Source: an uncultured Nitrososphaeraceae archaeon
GTDB taxonomy: Archaea; Thermoproteota; Nitrososphaeria; Nitrososphaerales; Nitrososphaeraceae
Assembly: GCA_963765895.1 (NCBI GenBank)
Contig: CAVXZB010000024.1
Location: 1-64,000 of the forward strand
Direction: 5' to 3'
DNA length: 64,000 bases
Shown here: positions 1-11,267 of the stretch, piece by piece
Numbering within the stretch: the stretch's first letter is position 1
Layout of the letters: each line of letters starts with the position of its first letter
The notes under the pieces: model-generated
The model's database searches: none
What the model was told of the DNA's origin: nothing
Seen by the model: only the letters and a program-made list of their open reading frames with translations
Translations under genes and position numbers: made by a program

Positions 1-37
1 TGTTAACCTACTCGACACCTTTCAGTTACGTATTGCT
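1..37 (+). other. Untrimmed Oxford Nanopore ligation-adapter remnant (technical sequence)
   Basis: 21-37 TTCAGTTACGTATTGCT matches the 3' end of the ONT ligation adapter (..TACTTCGTTCAGTTACGTATTGCT). Similarity to the mirror copy begins right after it (38 AACGAATTGCT = revcomp of 41783-41793). Confidence 0.9.
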
Positions 38-507
38 AACGAATTGCTAGAAATAGGCTAAACGTTCACTGTGCGATAGAACTTTCAAACCTTCCTGTCG
101 ACAGACAGTCCGAAATTATTGAGCAAGTAATCGATAACAGACTTGACTGTGAGACAGATAAGGGAAATAAAATCCAGTCTAAGATATGTTGGTGAATCAA
201 ACTTCAAACATTCTAATGAATATAAGAAGTCAATACAAATTTTGAAAGTTACAAAAAAGACTACGCTGGCATTAAAAATATATTGGCTAGATTAGACAGC
301 CTAATTGATGAAATTCATGAAACCGTAGAGCCGGCTCAAAGGGGTGAAATAATTAATTTTTTGATGGAAACAAGATTAAGGACTCATAGTATGATTGACG
401 ACGCTATTAGATTCAAAAATTCTAATTCGAAGCACTTAAATAGTAATGTGCCCTATAAAATATACAACAAACATGACAGGGACCAATCATCTGCCAAGAA
501 AGGGTGA
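38..507 (+). CDS. C-terminal fragment of the ParB-like protein (left-arm copy, truncated at the read start)
   Basis: ARLDSLIDEIHETVEPAQRGEIINFLMETRLR is identical to the C-terminus of 41387..42073(-). Confidence 0.8.
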
Positions 508-1026
508 AATCCACTCACCTGAGAATTTTCTTTGCTCATCAAATGTATGAGCAAGTGCATGAGTCGATAGTTCTTTCATCGGTATAAAGTCATATACTTC
601 ATATGACTGAATAATATCTCCAAACAGATTTCGATAGATGTCACTTTCCTCATCAGCAATATCTTCATTCAGAAAGCATTGAATAGTAATCCAGTCATAT
701 CCTCCTCTGGTTCGTCCACAATAGAGCACAAACTGGGCTTCATGTAGGTATTTCTTTAGACCCTCTAGTCGCTTGAGAAGGTGTTGCGATGCCTTAAAGC
801 GAACGAGTGCGACCCTTATAATCCTACGTTTAATCTTTGTTGAATCAATGGAAATAGTATATCTCGAAATCACTTTTTCCTTCTCTAAACTGATGATTCG
901 AGAATCTATTTCATCCTCAGTCACGTTATGTCCATAGTCCCTTAGATAATCGCATATCTCTACGGTGTCTTGTTTAGTATTCTTACTTAGCGTGGATAGA
1001 ATCAACTCATCGATCGCGTCTATCAT
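487..1026 (-). CDS. Lrp/AsnC-family transcriptional regulator (left copy)
   Basis: N-terminal IDAIDELILSTLSKN..RIISLEKEKVISRYTISID wHTH pattern, followed by a RAM-like domain (GRTRGGYDW). Confidence 0.75.
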   Translation of the reverse strand: MIDAIDELILSTLSKNTKQDTVEICDYLRDYGHNVTEDEIDSRIISLEKEKVISRYTISIDSTKIKRRIIRVALVRFKASQHLLKRLEGLKKYLHEAQFVLYCGRTRGGYDWITIQCFLNEDIADEESDIYRNLFGDIIQSYEVYDFIPMKELSTHALAHTFDEQRKFSGEWISPFLGR

Positions 1027-1266
1027 GAATGACCCTGTATTACTAACGAAGGATATAGAAGTTTATGATTCCAATGTATAATAAGGAAAAGAGCCAAATT
1101 TGCTTAATTTGCTGTTCAAAGGACGAATCAGCCAGAAGCTTGATTGCCTTCTACTTAAACATCCTTTGATGAATTTAACTCTTTAAATATATGAAAAAGG
1201 AGCCTCAATTCAAATTCTGTACAGGTTACTAATTTACAATATTGACATTAATTAAATATCAAGGTC

Positions 1267-1363
1267 AAAACATGATAGTAATACTGAGTTCATTAATCTC
1301 TGGAACGCCACAAACAACTTGATCTTTCCTGCATTAGTAGACGTCGGCTAACTATCATGTTTT
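1267..1363. repeat. 13-bp perfect inverted repeat AAAACATGATAGT / ACTATCATGTTTT in the lrp-UT divergent intergenic region
   Basis: Arms at 1267-1279 and 1351-1363 with a 71-bp spacer. Also present in the mirror copy. Confidence 0.6.
1334..1351. promoter_or_regulatory. Putative operator TTAGTAGACGTCGGCTAA upstream of the urea transporter
   Basis: Quasi-palindrome, 17/18 identical to the reverse complement of the site upstream of ureA (3547-3564). Confidence 0.6.
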
Positions 1364-1506
1364 TCTTAAAGTACGTAGTATCTAGCCAATAGTAGTCTAT
1401 TAGTTTCGCAATGATTTACTATGAGTTGCCATGCGATAGTAACGTGATTAATAAACATGAATAATTTACAAATCGTTAAAATATACCTCCACAGATGTAG
1501 CTTGGT

Positions 1507-2680
1507 TTGATAGAAGTATTTCATTCATTCCTCCCGATAATTGCGGCCGTTGCACCAATAGCTGGGTCGGCTACTTACTCAACCGGAAATCCAGTATTGG
1601 ACTTCTTCTATATTTTGTTTAATGGTATTTCTGAGGTACCGTTATTTAGTTCACCAGTAACTGGGATTTTAATTGTTTCAGGAGTGTTTTTGGCTTCAAG
1701 AAAAGCTGGTGCAATGATGGTCCTGGCTGGACTTATCGGAGCAGGAATGGCCATTATATTCGGTGCTTCTTATACAAATGTTGCCTTTGGTTTGTTTGGT
1801 TATAACTCGATTTTGACGGGTATGGCATTTTGGTCAGGTCCATTTGTGAAGGCAAACAAAGCCACATTCTGGATATCTGTATTCGGAGCTGCTATAACTG
1901 CAGTAGTATGGCAAGCTTTTGGTCACTGGATGGGCGATATATTTGTTAATGGCGGCCACGGCTGGGCGATACCTGGATTTACGTCATCATTCATATTTAC
2001 TACCTGGGCAATGATGTATGCTAGTAGAAGATATGGTCATGATATATGGCCAGAGCTTCCTCCGCCCGAGAAGGAAGTATTGATTCCTGGAAGTGGCAAT
2101 CCGGAGCCCTCAGCTCCTTTTAAATGGACTGCTAAGGAATTTATGATTGCAACGCTGAAGGGTGTTTCACAGGTCACATTTGTCGAAAACTGGAAGACAG
2201 GCGTCTTTTGGGTGGTCGGGCTTACATTAGCATTTGAGCTTGCCCCAATAATAACAACCGCGACTGGTGTCCAAGTTCGTCCTTGGTGGACTAACGCTTA
2301 TACTGCCGGATGGAACCCCTTGTCTCCGCTTTACCTTGGGGGGTTAATGGCGCTGATTGGTTCGGCTATTGGAGCCGCCTTGGCAATTCTAACAAAGCTC
2401 GCCTACTGCTGAGGTAAGGATAGGTCTTCACGGATTTAATCAAGTCCTGGTAATGATCGCACTTACCTCATTTCTTCCGTTGACACCTCAAACATTTTTC
2501 ATGGCTATATTGGCCACCGTGACCTGTTCAGTAGTTGTAATGCCTGCATTGCAAAAATTCTTTGGAACATGGGGACTTCCTGCGCTAACTGGTCCCTTTG
2601 TGTTTACTGCTTGGGTTTGGATGATAGCAACAGCAGGATTAATGCATATTCCAGCAGGAATAGGCTGGTCAAGACCTTAG
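1507..2680 (+). CDS. UT-family urea transporter (left copy, 1-bp frameshift near 2400)
   Basis: Two internal repeats with GLFGYNSIL / GLHGFNQVL and PGFTSSF / LPALTGPFV. The ORFs 1507..2412 and 2453..2680 join to match the intact copy 39153..40325. Confidence 0.88.
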
Positions 2681-2924
2681 ACACGATCGGTAAATCATAA
2701 CTCAGGACTTTACAGGGGACTCTACGGTCGCTTTTTAGACCATATTTCCAGACAAGGTATAAAAATTTGCCAACGAACAGTTACATGAACTACTATTAAT
2801 CTCTACGATCTGAACATTTACTTGACTCCTTAGTATCTTAGGTTGGATGATTAACCCTCGTTGTTTAATAGCAATAATCTAGATTCCAATATAAGTCGAT
2901 AAGTATATGCAAAGTTATATTTAG

Positions 2925-3539
2925 ATGTCGGGAATTCGTACATCAGGTGTTCTTGTGATTCCTGAGCAGTTTGCCGAATTTTTGGATTATTCCAAAGATA
3001 TTCTGATCACAAAGTCTGACTCTGAAAAGGTCTTGTTTTTTATTGACTGGTGCAAGAGCCGTGACATTGAGGAGACGATCCTCAGATTAAGTTCCGAAAC
3101 AAAAGGTGGTTGGGGGAAGAACCTACAGCTAGATTTTACTACAAATAGAATAATTGTTAGTCAAAAGGGAGTACTAAAAAAATTTGTAGATTTAGGTTAC
3201 GTTGCGGGAATGGCCCCTTATCCCTATCTACTCTTAAAAAACAAACTGAGGGAATCTGACTTCAGTTCTAACTCGTGTGTCATAAATCCAAGAGCATTAT
3301 TAGACAACCCTTCAAACTTTTATATTGAATATTCAAAAATAGATGCCTTCATTTTGAGAAAGGGCATAGAGACGACTATTACGAACATGGTTGGAAGGAT
3401 GATACAATCAAATTTCATTGAAATCCATTCTCAAACAAAAGTCTATGATTTCGCTCTGCCGGTCAATAAAAATGGAAAATATGAACAGATTGTTTTCTGG
3501 CTTGGAGTCGTGGTCCCAGTTAGCATCTCTACGCATTAA
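2925..3539 (+). CDS. Hypothetical protein in the urease cluster (possible PH-like beta domain)
   Basis: 204-aa ORF present in both arms, between the transporter and ureA. LDFTTNRIIVS resembles PH-like strands (weak). Confidence 0.7.
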   Translation: MSGIRTSGVLVIPEQFAEFLDYSKDILITKSDSEKVLFFIDWCKSRDIEETILRLSSETKGGWGKNLQLDFTTNRIIVSQKGVLKKFVDLGYVAGMAPYPYLLLKNKLRESDFSSNSCVINPRALLDNPSNFYIEYSKIDAFILRKGIETTITNMVGRMIQSNFIEIHSQTKVYDFALPVNKNGKYEQIVFWLGVVVPVSISTH

Positions 3540-3546
3540 TGAAATT

Positions 3547-3564
3547 TTAGTCGACGTCTACTAA
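3547..3564. promoter_or_regulatory. Putative operator TTAGTCGACGTCTACTAA upstream of ureA
   Basis: 16/18 palindromic, about 70 bp upstream of a TATA-like TTAAATA (~3637-3643), and nearly identical to the site at 1334-1351. Confidence 0.65.
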
Positions 3565-3680
3565 ATAATCCTCTTTGAACTAAGCGTCAGTAGAAGGTGG
3601 TTTTCTTCAGAATTATAGCACGTAGGACTTCTACACTTAAATATTTCAGATCTATTCTATACAATGAGGTAATAGAAAAA

Positions 3681-3983
3681 TTGATGTTAGCACCGAGGGA
3701 AATGGAAAAGATGGTCATTTGGACTGCTGCACAAATTGCAGAAGGACGAAAGAAAAAAGGTGTAAAACTTAACTATCCTGAAGCCATTGCGTATATTGCA
3801 AACTTTGTTGTAGAAGGCGCAAGAGAAGGCAAAACTGTCGCTGATTTGATGAAATCAGCAAGAGAAGTTCTAAAGAGCGCCGACGTTATGAAAGGCGTTC
3901 CGGAAATGATACATACAGTTCAGGTAGAAGCTACATTCCCAGACGGCACTAAACTGGTAACAGTACATGACCCAGTTTATTAG
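3681..3983 (+). CDS. ureA: Urease gamma subunit
   Basis: [45 protein letters not shown] at 3666-3670 favours a start at 3681/3684 over 3597. Confidence 0.96.
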   Translation: MMLAPREMEKMVIWTAAQIAEGRKKKGVKLNYPEAIAYIANFVVEGAREGKTVADLMKSAREVLKSADVMKGVPEMIHTVQVEATFPDGTKLVTVHDPVY

Positions 3984-4034
3984 GTGATTTTAGTTGGTTG
4001 AAACCAAAAAAATGAAAATTAAAAAAAACAAATT

Positions 4035-4424
4035 ATGGAGGAAGGTTCCAAAAATATGATCCCTGGAGAATATGTTTTGGCACAAAGCCCTGTTAATTGC
4101 AATGAGAATAAAAAGACAATCAAAATCAATGTCAAGAATGCCGGAGATAGACCTTGCCAGGTTGGTTCACATACTCACTTCTTTGAAGTAAATAGAGCAC
4201 TAGACTTTCCAAGAGAAAAGGCGTTTGGGTTTAGATTGAATATTCCTGCAGGTACTTCGGTGAGATTTGAGCCAGGTGATTCTAAGGAGGTAGAATTGTG
4301 CGAATTGGGAGGGTCTCGCGTTGTGCATGGATTCAACGGGCTTGTAATGGGAGGACTGAATTCATCAGTAGCAAAGAACGCGGCACTGGAAAAGGCAAAG
4401 AAGCAGGGCTTTAGGGGCGCATAA
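4035..4424 (+). CDS. ureB: Urease beta subunit
   Basis: [40 protein letters not shown]. Confidence 0.97.
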   Translation: MEEGSKNMIPGEYVLAQSPVNCNENKKTIKINVKNAGDRPCQVGSHTHFFEVNRALDFPREKAFGFRLNIPAGTSVRFEPGDSKEVELCELGGSRVVHGFNGLVMGGLNSSVAKNAALEKAKKQGFRGA

Positions 4425-4440
4425 AAGGAGAAGATTAATA

Positions 4441-6167
4441 ATGGTTCTTAAATTAACTCGCAAACAATACACAGATTTATTCGGTCCAACGACTGGAGAT
4501 AAGGTAAGATTGGGAGATTCTGATTTATTAATTGAGATAGAAAAGGACTTCATAACTCCTGGAGATGAGTGTGTATTTGGTGGGGGCAAAACTATAAGAG
4601 ATGGCTTGGCTCAAACACCAGGTGTAACCAATGCTAATGGTGCCCTTGATTTTCTAATCACAAATGCTGTCGTATTGGATCCTGAAATTGGCATAGTAAA
4701 AGGAGACATCGGTATAAAGGACGGAAAGATCGCCGGGATCGGCAAAGCAGGGAACCCGAACATCATGGATAAGGTAAGTAAGAATATGGTAGTATCAGCA
4801 TGTACAGAGGCAACTGCAGGGGAGCATACAATATGCACTCCAGGACATTTTGATACTCATGTTCATAACATCTCTCCCCAACAATATATCGATGCCATAA
4901 GTGGAGGAATATGTAATATGATAGGTGGAGGTACCGGACCTGCTGATGGGACTAATGCTACAACATGTACCCCTGGCGTATTCAATATGAGCCGAATGTT
5001 AGAATCTATAGAGGATATACCAATGAATTTCGGATTCCTTGGTAAAGGGAATGATTCACATCCATCTCTAGCTACGCAGATGGAACAGATAGAAGCAGGC
5101 GCCTGCGGGCTAAAGGACCACGAGGACTGGGGAACAACTGCGGCAGTCTTGGATGCATCGCTCAGAGCATGTGATCTAACGGATACTCAGTTAGCAATAC
5201 ATACAGATTCCATTAATGAATGCGCATACGTAGAAGACACTATCAATGCGATAGATGGGCGAACATTACATACCTATCATACAGAAGGAGCTGGTGGTGG
5301 ACACGCCCCTGATATTATGAAGATTGCTGGCGAACCCTTTGCATTACCATCATCGACAAATCCCACAAGACCATATACAATGAATACTATAGCTGAGCAT
5401 CTTGATATGCTGATGTTTTGTCATCACCTGAACCCAAGTGTCCCAGAGGACGTACACTTTGCAGAATCTCGTATCAGAGCAGAAACGATTGAGCCGAGGA
5501 CGTATTACATGACGAAGGTGTTCTAAGTATGTATTCCTCAGATAGCCAAGCAATGGGTAGAATAGGTGAAGTTGTGATACGAGCATGGCAGACAGCCGAT
5601 AAAATGAAGAAAATGAAGGGTAGTCTGAAAGAAGACTCAGAAGGTAATGACAACTTCAGAGCAAAGAGGTACATTGCGAAAACCACAATAAATCCTGCAA
5701 CCACGCACGGAGTTGCAGATTATTTGGGCTCACTTGAAGTAGGAAAATATGCTGATATCGCAATGTATTCAACAGCCTTCTTCCCGGCAAAGCCAAAAAT
5801 GATATTCAAGGGAGGATTCATTGCGTGGTCAATAATGGGAGATCCTAATGCTTCGCTTCCGACGCCAGAACCAGTATTCTATAGACCTATGTTTGGAGCA
5901 CTCGGAAAGGCTGTAAAGAAAACATCGTTCACATTCACATCAAAGGCGGCAGTGAAGCTTGGCGTCCCAGAAAAATTAGGATTAGAGAAAGTAGTTTTGC
6001 CAGTAAAGAACTGTAGAAGCATTAGCAAAAGAAATATGATGTGGAATGACAAGACTCCAGAAATAACGATTGATCCTGAGACATATGAGGTAAAATTGGA
6101 CGGCAAGATTGCAACAGTTGATCCGGCAAAAGAACTTTCTTCTGCCCAAAGGTACTTCATGGCATAA
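4441..6167 (+). CDS. ureC: Urease alpha subunit (left copy, frameshift near 5490)
   Basis: Ni-ligand motifs [45 protein letters not shown]. The mirror copy is intact. Confidence 0.95.
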
Positions 6168-6244
6168 CTTCGACCAAGAAAAACTCATTTTTTTTATTTT
6201 TGATGTTTTCAATATCTTTATTTTTGTCTGTTTGACATGTCCTT

Positions 6245-7804
6245 ATGATGTCAAATCCTAATTTTGGTGTGTGGAGACCGATGGCGGAGAGTATTGAGTT
6301 CAATGCTCTCGAATCAAACTCCAACGCAGTTATGGCCGTTGCCGATACAGTGAGGACGACTTTAGGACCTAAAGGATTGGATAAATTATTAATAGACCAA
6401 GCTATGAATAGGCATGTTTCAAATGACGGGGTAACCATTCTTCTCTCCCTAAGAGCTATTCATCCAGTAGCACGAATGATCGTGGAAATTGCTGAAAGAC
6501 AAGAACAGCTAGTAGGAGACGGTACTACAACAGCAGTTGTCATGGCTGCGGAAATGATCAAGGAAGGAAAGAAACTTGTAAAGGAGCTTGGCGTACATCC
6601 AACCAAAGTTGTTGAAGGAATAGATAGTGGAGTAAGGCACGCCTGTGAATTGTTAGAAGCCGAATCCAAAACAATTTCAATTAAGGATGTAGCATTAGAA
6701 CAAGTAGTAAATACATCACTTTCTTCAAAGTTAGACGGTAGACAACTTTCCTCACTCGTCATAACTGCTCTTAGAACAGTTGGAGAAAATGCAAGGTTTG
6801 ATGGTTCATTTGATTTTGATAAATCAATCATGGTAATACGGAAAACAAATATGGAAGATCGCATTGTGAGCGGATTAGTCTTGGAACGAAAGAGGGTAGA
6901 CCCAGCGATGCCGACTAAGATTAATGAAGCGAGGATTATGATTGCTAGACTTGATCTCAAGCCCGTAAAAGAATCTTGGCTCAAGGATAATAGCAAATAT
7001 CAGGAAATATTGAGCATGGAGAATGATAGAATAGAGAAATCGAAACAATTAGTCGACGCGATGATTGCAACTGGTGCGAATACTTTCCTGCTTGCTTCGA
7101 CAGAGATAGATCAAGTAGTTGAGGACTTGTTAGTCAGTCATAACGTATTTGCAGTGCGGATCTCTATAGAAGAGATGGAGTACATGTCTAGATATACTGG
7201 TGCAAAAATAGTTAGAATGATCGATGATTTGTCTAAACCTGACATAGTTGGCAAAGCAGATCGTGTATTCGAAGAGGAAGAAAATGGGGTTGTATGCATC
7301 GAGGGTGGATCGGGTAAGAATATGGTAACTTTGGTTGTCTCGGGATCAACTAAAGAAACTTCCCTGGAACGATGGAGGGCCGCTATTGATGGTGTAAATG
7401 CTGCTGAGGCGGCATTGAATAAGGGAGTCGTGGCAGGAGGGGGGGCCGCAGAATTGCATGTTATAGAGCAGGTAAAAGATATGCGGCTAAAGGGTCTTGA
7501 GCAGGTGGGACTTGAAGTTGTAGCATCGGCCCTTGAAAGTATAATGAGACAAATTCTCTCGAATGCTGGATACAATGGTTTAGAGAAGGTTATGGCTGCT
7601 AAAGCATCGCCTAGTGGTTTCGGCATAGATATCGATGGCGGGGAACCTGTTGATATGTGGAATAAGGGAATTTTGGACCCATTATTGGTTAAGACGATGG
7701 CCTTGAAAGCTGCTGGTGAAATAGCAAAATCTGTTTTGCGTATCGATAGAAACCTAGCCGCAGAAAATCTAGATCCCCACGCTGTTTCTGATACAAAGAG
7801 GTGA
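6245..7804 (+). CDS. Divergent group II-type chaperonin (thermosome/TCP-1 family) inside the urease operon (left copy)
   Basis: TTLGPKGLDKLL, SNDGVTIL, VGDGTTT, VVAGGGAAE, GILDP..VK motifs; 519 aa. Confidence 0.92.
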   Translation: MMSNPNFGVWRPMAESIEFNALESNSNAVMAVADTVRTTLGPKGLDKLLIDQAMNRHVSNDGVTILLSLRAIHPVARMIVEIAERQEQLVGDGTTTAVVMAAEMIKEGKKLVKELGVHPTKVVEGIDSGVRHACELLEAESKTISIKDVALEQVVNTSLSSKLDGRQLSSLVITALRTVGENARFDGSFDFDKSIMVIRKTNMEDRIVSGLVLERKRVDPAMPTKINEARIMIARLDLKPVKESWLKDNSKYQEILSMENDRIEKSKQLVDAMIATGANTFLLASTEIDQVVEDLLVSHNVFAVRISIEEMEYMSRYTGAKIVRMIDDLSKPDIVGKADRVFEEEENGVVCIEGGSGKNMVTLVVSGSTKETSLERWRAAIDGVNAAEAALNKGVVAGGGAAELHVIEQVKDMRLKGLEQVGLEVVASALESIMRQILSNAGYNGLEKVMAAKASPSGFGIDIDGGEPVDMWNKGILDPLLVKTMALKAAGEIAKSVLRIDRNLAAENLDPHAVSDTKR

Positions 7805-7813
7805 ATACTAGGT

Positions 7814-8155
7814 TTGCTTATACGTCATTGCGTGGAGGAGTCGAATATTGATGAGAATATGTTGGTATTAGACCCAACTCGCGTAAGGCATGTTGTGGTC
7901 GTTGCGGGAATGATCAAGTCCATGTCTGGAATGATTGATCCAGCTTCTCATCTCAATTTGGACTATCCAGATCATAAGGTCACCTCTTGTATCGTAGCTG
8001 AAAAGTTTGAAATTGGTGCTAAGGTGAAGATGCAAGAAAATGGCCTAGTATTTGTCTTAGTCGACTCGTCAAAATACGAACATTACGGCTATGTTGATTA
8101 CACTCAGAGGCTTTTCAACATGATTGATGCAGTAAAGAAGGGCGAGCAAAGATAG
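7814..8155 (+). CDS. Small uncharacterised urease-operon protein (left copy)
   Basis: Open in both arms with near-identical translation; lies between the chaperonin and ureE. Confidence 0.8.
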   Translation: MLIRHCVEESNIDENMLVLDPTRVRHVVVVAGMIKSMSGMIDPASHLNLDYPDHKVTSCIVAEKFEIGAKVKMQENGLVFVLVDSSKYEHYGYVDYTQRLFNMIDAVKKGEQR

Positions 8156-8203
8156 ACATATGAATAGGAGACAATCTCAGGTAAGCGAAGTGTCATAGGC
8201 TAA

Positions 8204-8716
8204 ATGATTACTATTAATTCTATACTTGGGAATGTTAAGGATGCAGAATTTGCAGACAAATACGAACAATTGTCAAAAACCAACTCATGTGAGGTTATTA
8301 GGATTCAAAGGTCCGAGTCGCAACGCGTAAGGATGCGCAAGACCTCCGATAAGGGAACTGATATCGCCTTCACTTTGCCGCAGGGGATTCAACTAAGACA
8401 CAAAGATGTGGTTTTGTCTAGTCCAAATAAGATGATCATAATCGAAATTGAACCTGAAAGCGTTGCTACGATATCCATTAACGAAGATATTGGGAATCTG
8501 AATTCCATAGAAATTCCTGTACGGCTAGGGCATACAATCGGAAATTTGCATAGGCCTCTTAGAATAGAGGGTCGAAAAATCTACTTTCCAATCCAGGCTG
8601 ATACAGAACTCGAGATGTTTAGAAAGCTCCTAGATCCTATAATTGACCATATCAAGATAAACAAGGCGCATATGGTGTTTGAACCAGAGGAAGGATCACA
8701 TATTCATGAACACTAA
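8204..8716 (+). CDS. ureE: Urease accessory Ni chaperone UreE
   Basis: RMRKTSDKGTDI, RLGHTIGNLHRP, C-terminal HIHEH. Confidence 0.92.
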   Translation: MITINSILGNVKDAEFADKYEQLSKTNSCEVIRIQRSESQRVRMRKTSDKGTDIAFTLPQGIQLRHKDVVLSSPNKMIIIEIEPESVATISINEDIGNLNSIEIPVRLGHTIGNLHRPLRIEGRKIYFPIQADTELEMFRKLLDPIIDHIKINKAHMVFEPEEGSHIHEH

Positions 8717-9416
8717 CTATAATCCACAGGCTGAGGAGATTAATATTTTACAACTTTCTGATTCCTTCTTTCCAACCGGAATGTATACAACATCTAGCGG
8801 ACTTGAGGCACTATTTTACAGTGAAAATAAGATAAAAACTCCCGACGAGCTTAGGACCCTGATAACAGTCTATCTGGAGCACCAGATAGGACCGGCTGAT
8901 TGCACTGCTCTAGGCGTATCATACGGCTGTATTGAAATGGCTGATATTAATGAGTTGATAAAAGTGGATCGAACCATCTACTCAATGAAGCTTATCGAAG
9001 AGGTCAGGAACGCATCTGTAAGGTCTGGTACTCAGCTTCTAAGATGCGTAAACTATTTCCTACCTGGTAACGAATTCATCACCAAATTTCAAGAGGCCAT
9101 CAAAGAGAACAAGGCCTCCGGTGTGTATCCCGTCGCACTGGCAGTTGCAAGCCAATCGTTAGGCATATCAAAATATAACAGTGGTATCATGATGCTTTAC
9201 ACTTTTATTGTCAGCATCATCGGAGCGGCTCTTAGGTTAGGAATGATACAGCACCTTGATGGTCAGAAATTGATCCACGAACTAAAACCTTCGATTTTGG
9301 CTACGGTGGCAAAGAATATAAATAGACCATTGTCCAGCATGTGGCAATTTACTCCGGGCATCGATATTTTCCAAATAGCTCACGAGCTCATGCCTTCAAA
9401 AATGTTTATTACATGA
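8706..9416 (+). CDS. ureF: Urease accessory protein UreF
   Basis: LQLSDSFFPTGMYTTSSGLE and C-terminal HELMPSKMFIT. ATG at 8706 overlaps the end of ureE. Confidence 0.93.
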   Translation: MNTNYNPQAEEINILQLSDSFFPTGMYTTSSGLEALFYSENKIKTPDELRTLITVYLEHQIGPADCTALGVSYGCIEMADINELIKVDRTIYSMKLIEEVRNASVRSGTQLLRCVNYFLPGNEFITKFQEAIKENKASGVYPVALAVASQSLGISKYNSGIMMLYTFIVSIIGAALRLGMIQHLDGQKLIHELKPSILATVAKNINRPLSSMWQFTPGIDIFQIAHELMPSKMFIT

Positions 9417-9435
9417 ATAAATCGTACGAATATCA

Positions 9436-10092
9436 ATGAGTTCAAAGAGAATACCTCGAGTAGGAATTGGTGGGCCAGTCGGTTCAGGAAAAACTATGTT
9501 AATCGAGCAGGTAGTCCCTCTTTTGTATTTAAAAGGCTATAAGGTTGGGATAATTTCAAATGATGTAGTATCACGTGAAGACGCTGACCGTATGAGAAGA
9601 AATCTGGCAACTGAGAAGGGACTGATGGCAGAAGATCTTGTTATAGGTCTAGCGACTGGAGGATGTCCGCATACGGCTGTGCGTGAGGATCCGTCTATGA
9701 ATATTTCAGTAGTAGAAGAAATGGAGTCCAAACATGATTACCTTGATCTGATTATAATTGAAAGCGGAGGAGACAATATCACGACTACGTTTAGCCCTGC
9801 TTTGGCAGATTACTTTATTTATATTATAGATGTTTCTGGAGGCGACAAATACCCTAGAAAACGTGGGCTCGGAATAGAGACTTGTGATCTTTTGGTCATA
9901 AACAAGATAGATATTGCCCCCTCAGTTGGAGCTGACCTGACAGTGATGGATAGGGATGCCAAGACCGTTCGTGGAAACAAACCTTATGTATTTGTTAACT
10001 CAAGGACAGGTCAGGGAGTAAATGAAGTAGCCGAGAATATCATAAGGGACGTCCTTTTCGAGGAGACTCCAAAAGCCTTAGTGAAACATTAG
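9436..10092 (+). CDS. ureG: Urease accessory GTPase UreG
   Basis: GGPVGSGKT P-loop, TGGCPHTAVREDP, ESGGDN, INKID. Confidence 0.97.
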   Translation: MSSKRIPRVGIGGPVGSGKTMLIEQVVPLLYLKGYKVGIISNDVVSREDADRMRRNLATEKGLMAEDLVIGLATGGCPHTAVREDPSMNISVVEEMESKHDYLDLIIIESGGDNITTTFSPALADYFIYIIDVSGGDKYPRKRGLGIETCDLLVINKIDIAPSVGADLTVMDRDAKTVRGNKPYVFVNSRTGQGVNEVAENIIRDVLFEETPKALVKH

Positions 10093-10101
10093 GTTACGTG
10101 G

Positions 10102-11031
10102 ATGAGCGAGATTCAATACTATACGCCTGGTGATATACCACCAGAGGTACTTGCATATGACCAAAAACTCGATCAACTAGGAATTGGAAAAGCTGGTAAG
10201 ATCGGAGCACTAGTATTAAGATTGGAAAATGACGTACAAAGGAACAAGACTATAATCACCGACCAGTATTCCCGAGTGCCCCTCTTTACACAACGAGCAC
10301 TATACCTAGAAGAATCTCTGCCCTCAATGGCCTATGTATTTATTATTTCACCGTCTGGCGGGATATTACAGGGCGATAGATATAGAATGGATATTACGGT
10401 TACGAATAATGCTTGTGCCCACATAACTACACAAGGGGCTACCAGAATATACAGAATGGAAAAAAATTTCGCAACGCAGATGGTGAATGTATCAGTCGAC
10501 GAAGGTTGTTATTTTGAATTTATCCCCGATCAAATTATTCCGTATCGGGATTCAAGGTTCTACCAAACTCTTAATTTCAAAGTACATGAAAATGCAACAG
10601 CAGTATATTCTGAGATGGTTGTTCCAGGCAGAGTCGCAAGTGGGGAGTCCTTTGAATATGATATTTGCTATCTAAAGGCAGTAGCACGAGATTATTTGGA
10701 TAATCTGCGATTTATCGATATAGCCATATTGGAACCAAAAAAAAGAAATTTGAGTAGCATAGGAATTTTGGGCAATTATACTGTTGTCGGTAGCGTATAT
10801 GTGCTCGCGCAGCGAAGATATGTGCGAATCCTTAATGATGAGATAAATGCGAGGTTGAGGGGGTCTGATTCTATTGTTGGAGGATCTTCCATCCTTCCAG
10901 GATCTTCGGGAATAGTTGTGCGAATGCTTGGACATTTAGCGGGTGATATTAGAAATGCGATATTTGAAGTTCTAAAAATAGTTCGAAAACATGTGTTGAA
11001 TGCAAATTTTAGCGGCTTAAGGAAAGGTTGA
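10102..11031 (+). CDS. ureD: Urease accessory protein UreD
   Basis: ISPSGGILQGD, HITTQGATRIY, PDQIIPY, PGRVASGESF. Confidence 0.93.
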   Translation: MSEIQYYTPGDIPPEVLAYDQKLDQLGIGKAGKIGALVLRLENDVQRNKTIITDQYSRVPLFTQRALYLEESLPSMAYVFIISPSGGILQGDRYRMDITVTNNACAHITTQGATRIYRMEKNFATQMVNVSVDEGCYFEFIPDQIIPYRDSRFYQTLNFKVHENATAVYSEMVVPGRVASGESFEYDICYLKAVARDYLDNLRFIDIAILEPKKRNLSSIGILGNYTVVGSVYVLAQRRYVRILNDEINARLRGSDSIVGGSSILPGSSGIVVRMLGHLAGDIRNAIFEVLKIVRKHVLNANFSGLRKG

Positions 11032-11114
11032 ACGAGTCTAATATAATATTTAGCACATTGCTATCCTAGTAGCGAATAACTAGCGAATAACTTGAGCAAT
11101 GGATTACGTATTTT

Positions 11115-11267
11115 TCAACGCCTTTTCGTGATCCAGAACTCAATTATTCTCACGCTGTGAGAAGTTTCGATCTTGTGAACATTCGCAGTGGATAGCGCGT
11201 CAAACACTTGATCGCATCGTTCACACCATGCAGTAACATTTTTGCTATGTTTATCGAAGGCGTTCAT
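11115..11267 (-). CDS. 50-aa C2H2 zinc-finger microprotein (left copy; not in the ORF track)
   Basis: Same translation as 30553..30705. The two nucleotide differences between copies are both synonymous. Confidence 0.7.
   Translation of the reverse strand: MNAFDKHSKNVTAWCERCDQVFDALSTANVHKIETSHSVRIIEFWITKRR

Noticed and set aside
6460-7626. Long antisense ORFs over the chaperonin (also over ureC, cofE, dnaG, the kinase and the ferredoxin)
   Set aside because: They are shadow frames of well-supported genes and have no recognisable motifs.
11070-11091. CRISPR-like repeat
   Set aside because: Only 2-3 directly abutting 11-bp units, with no spacers and no cas genes.
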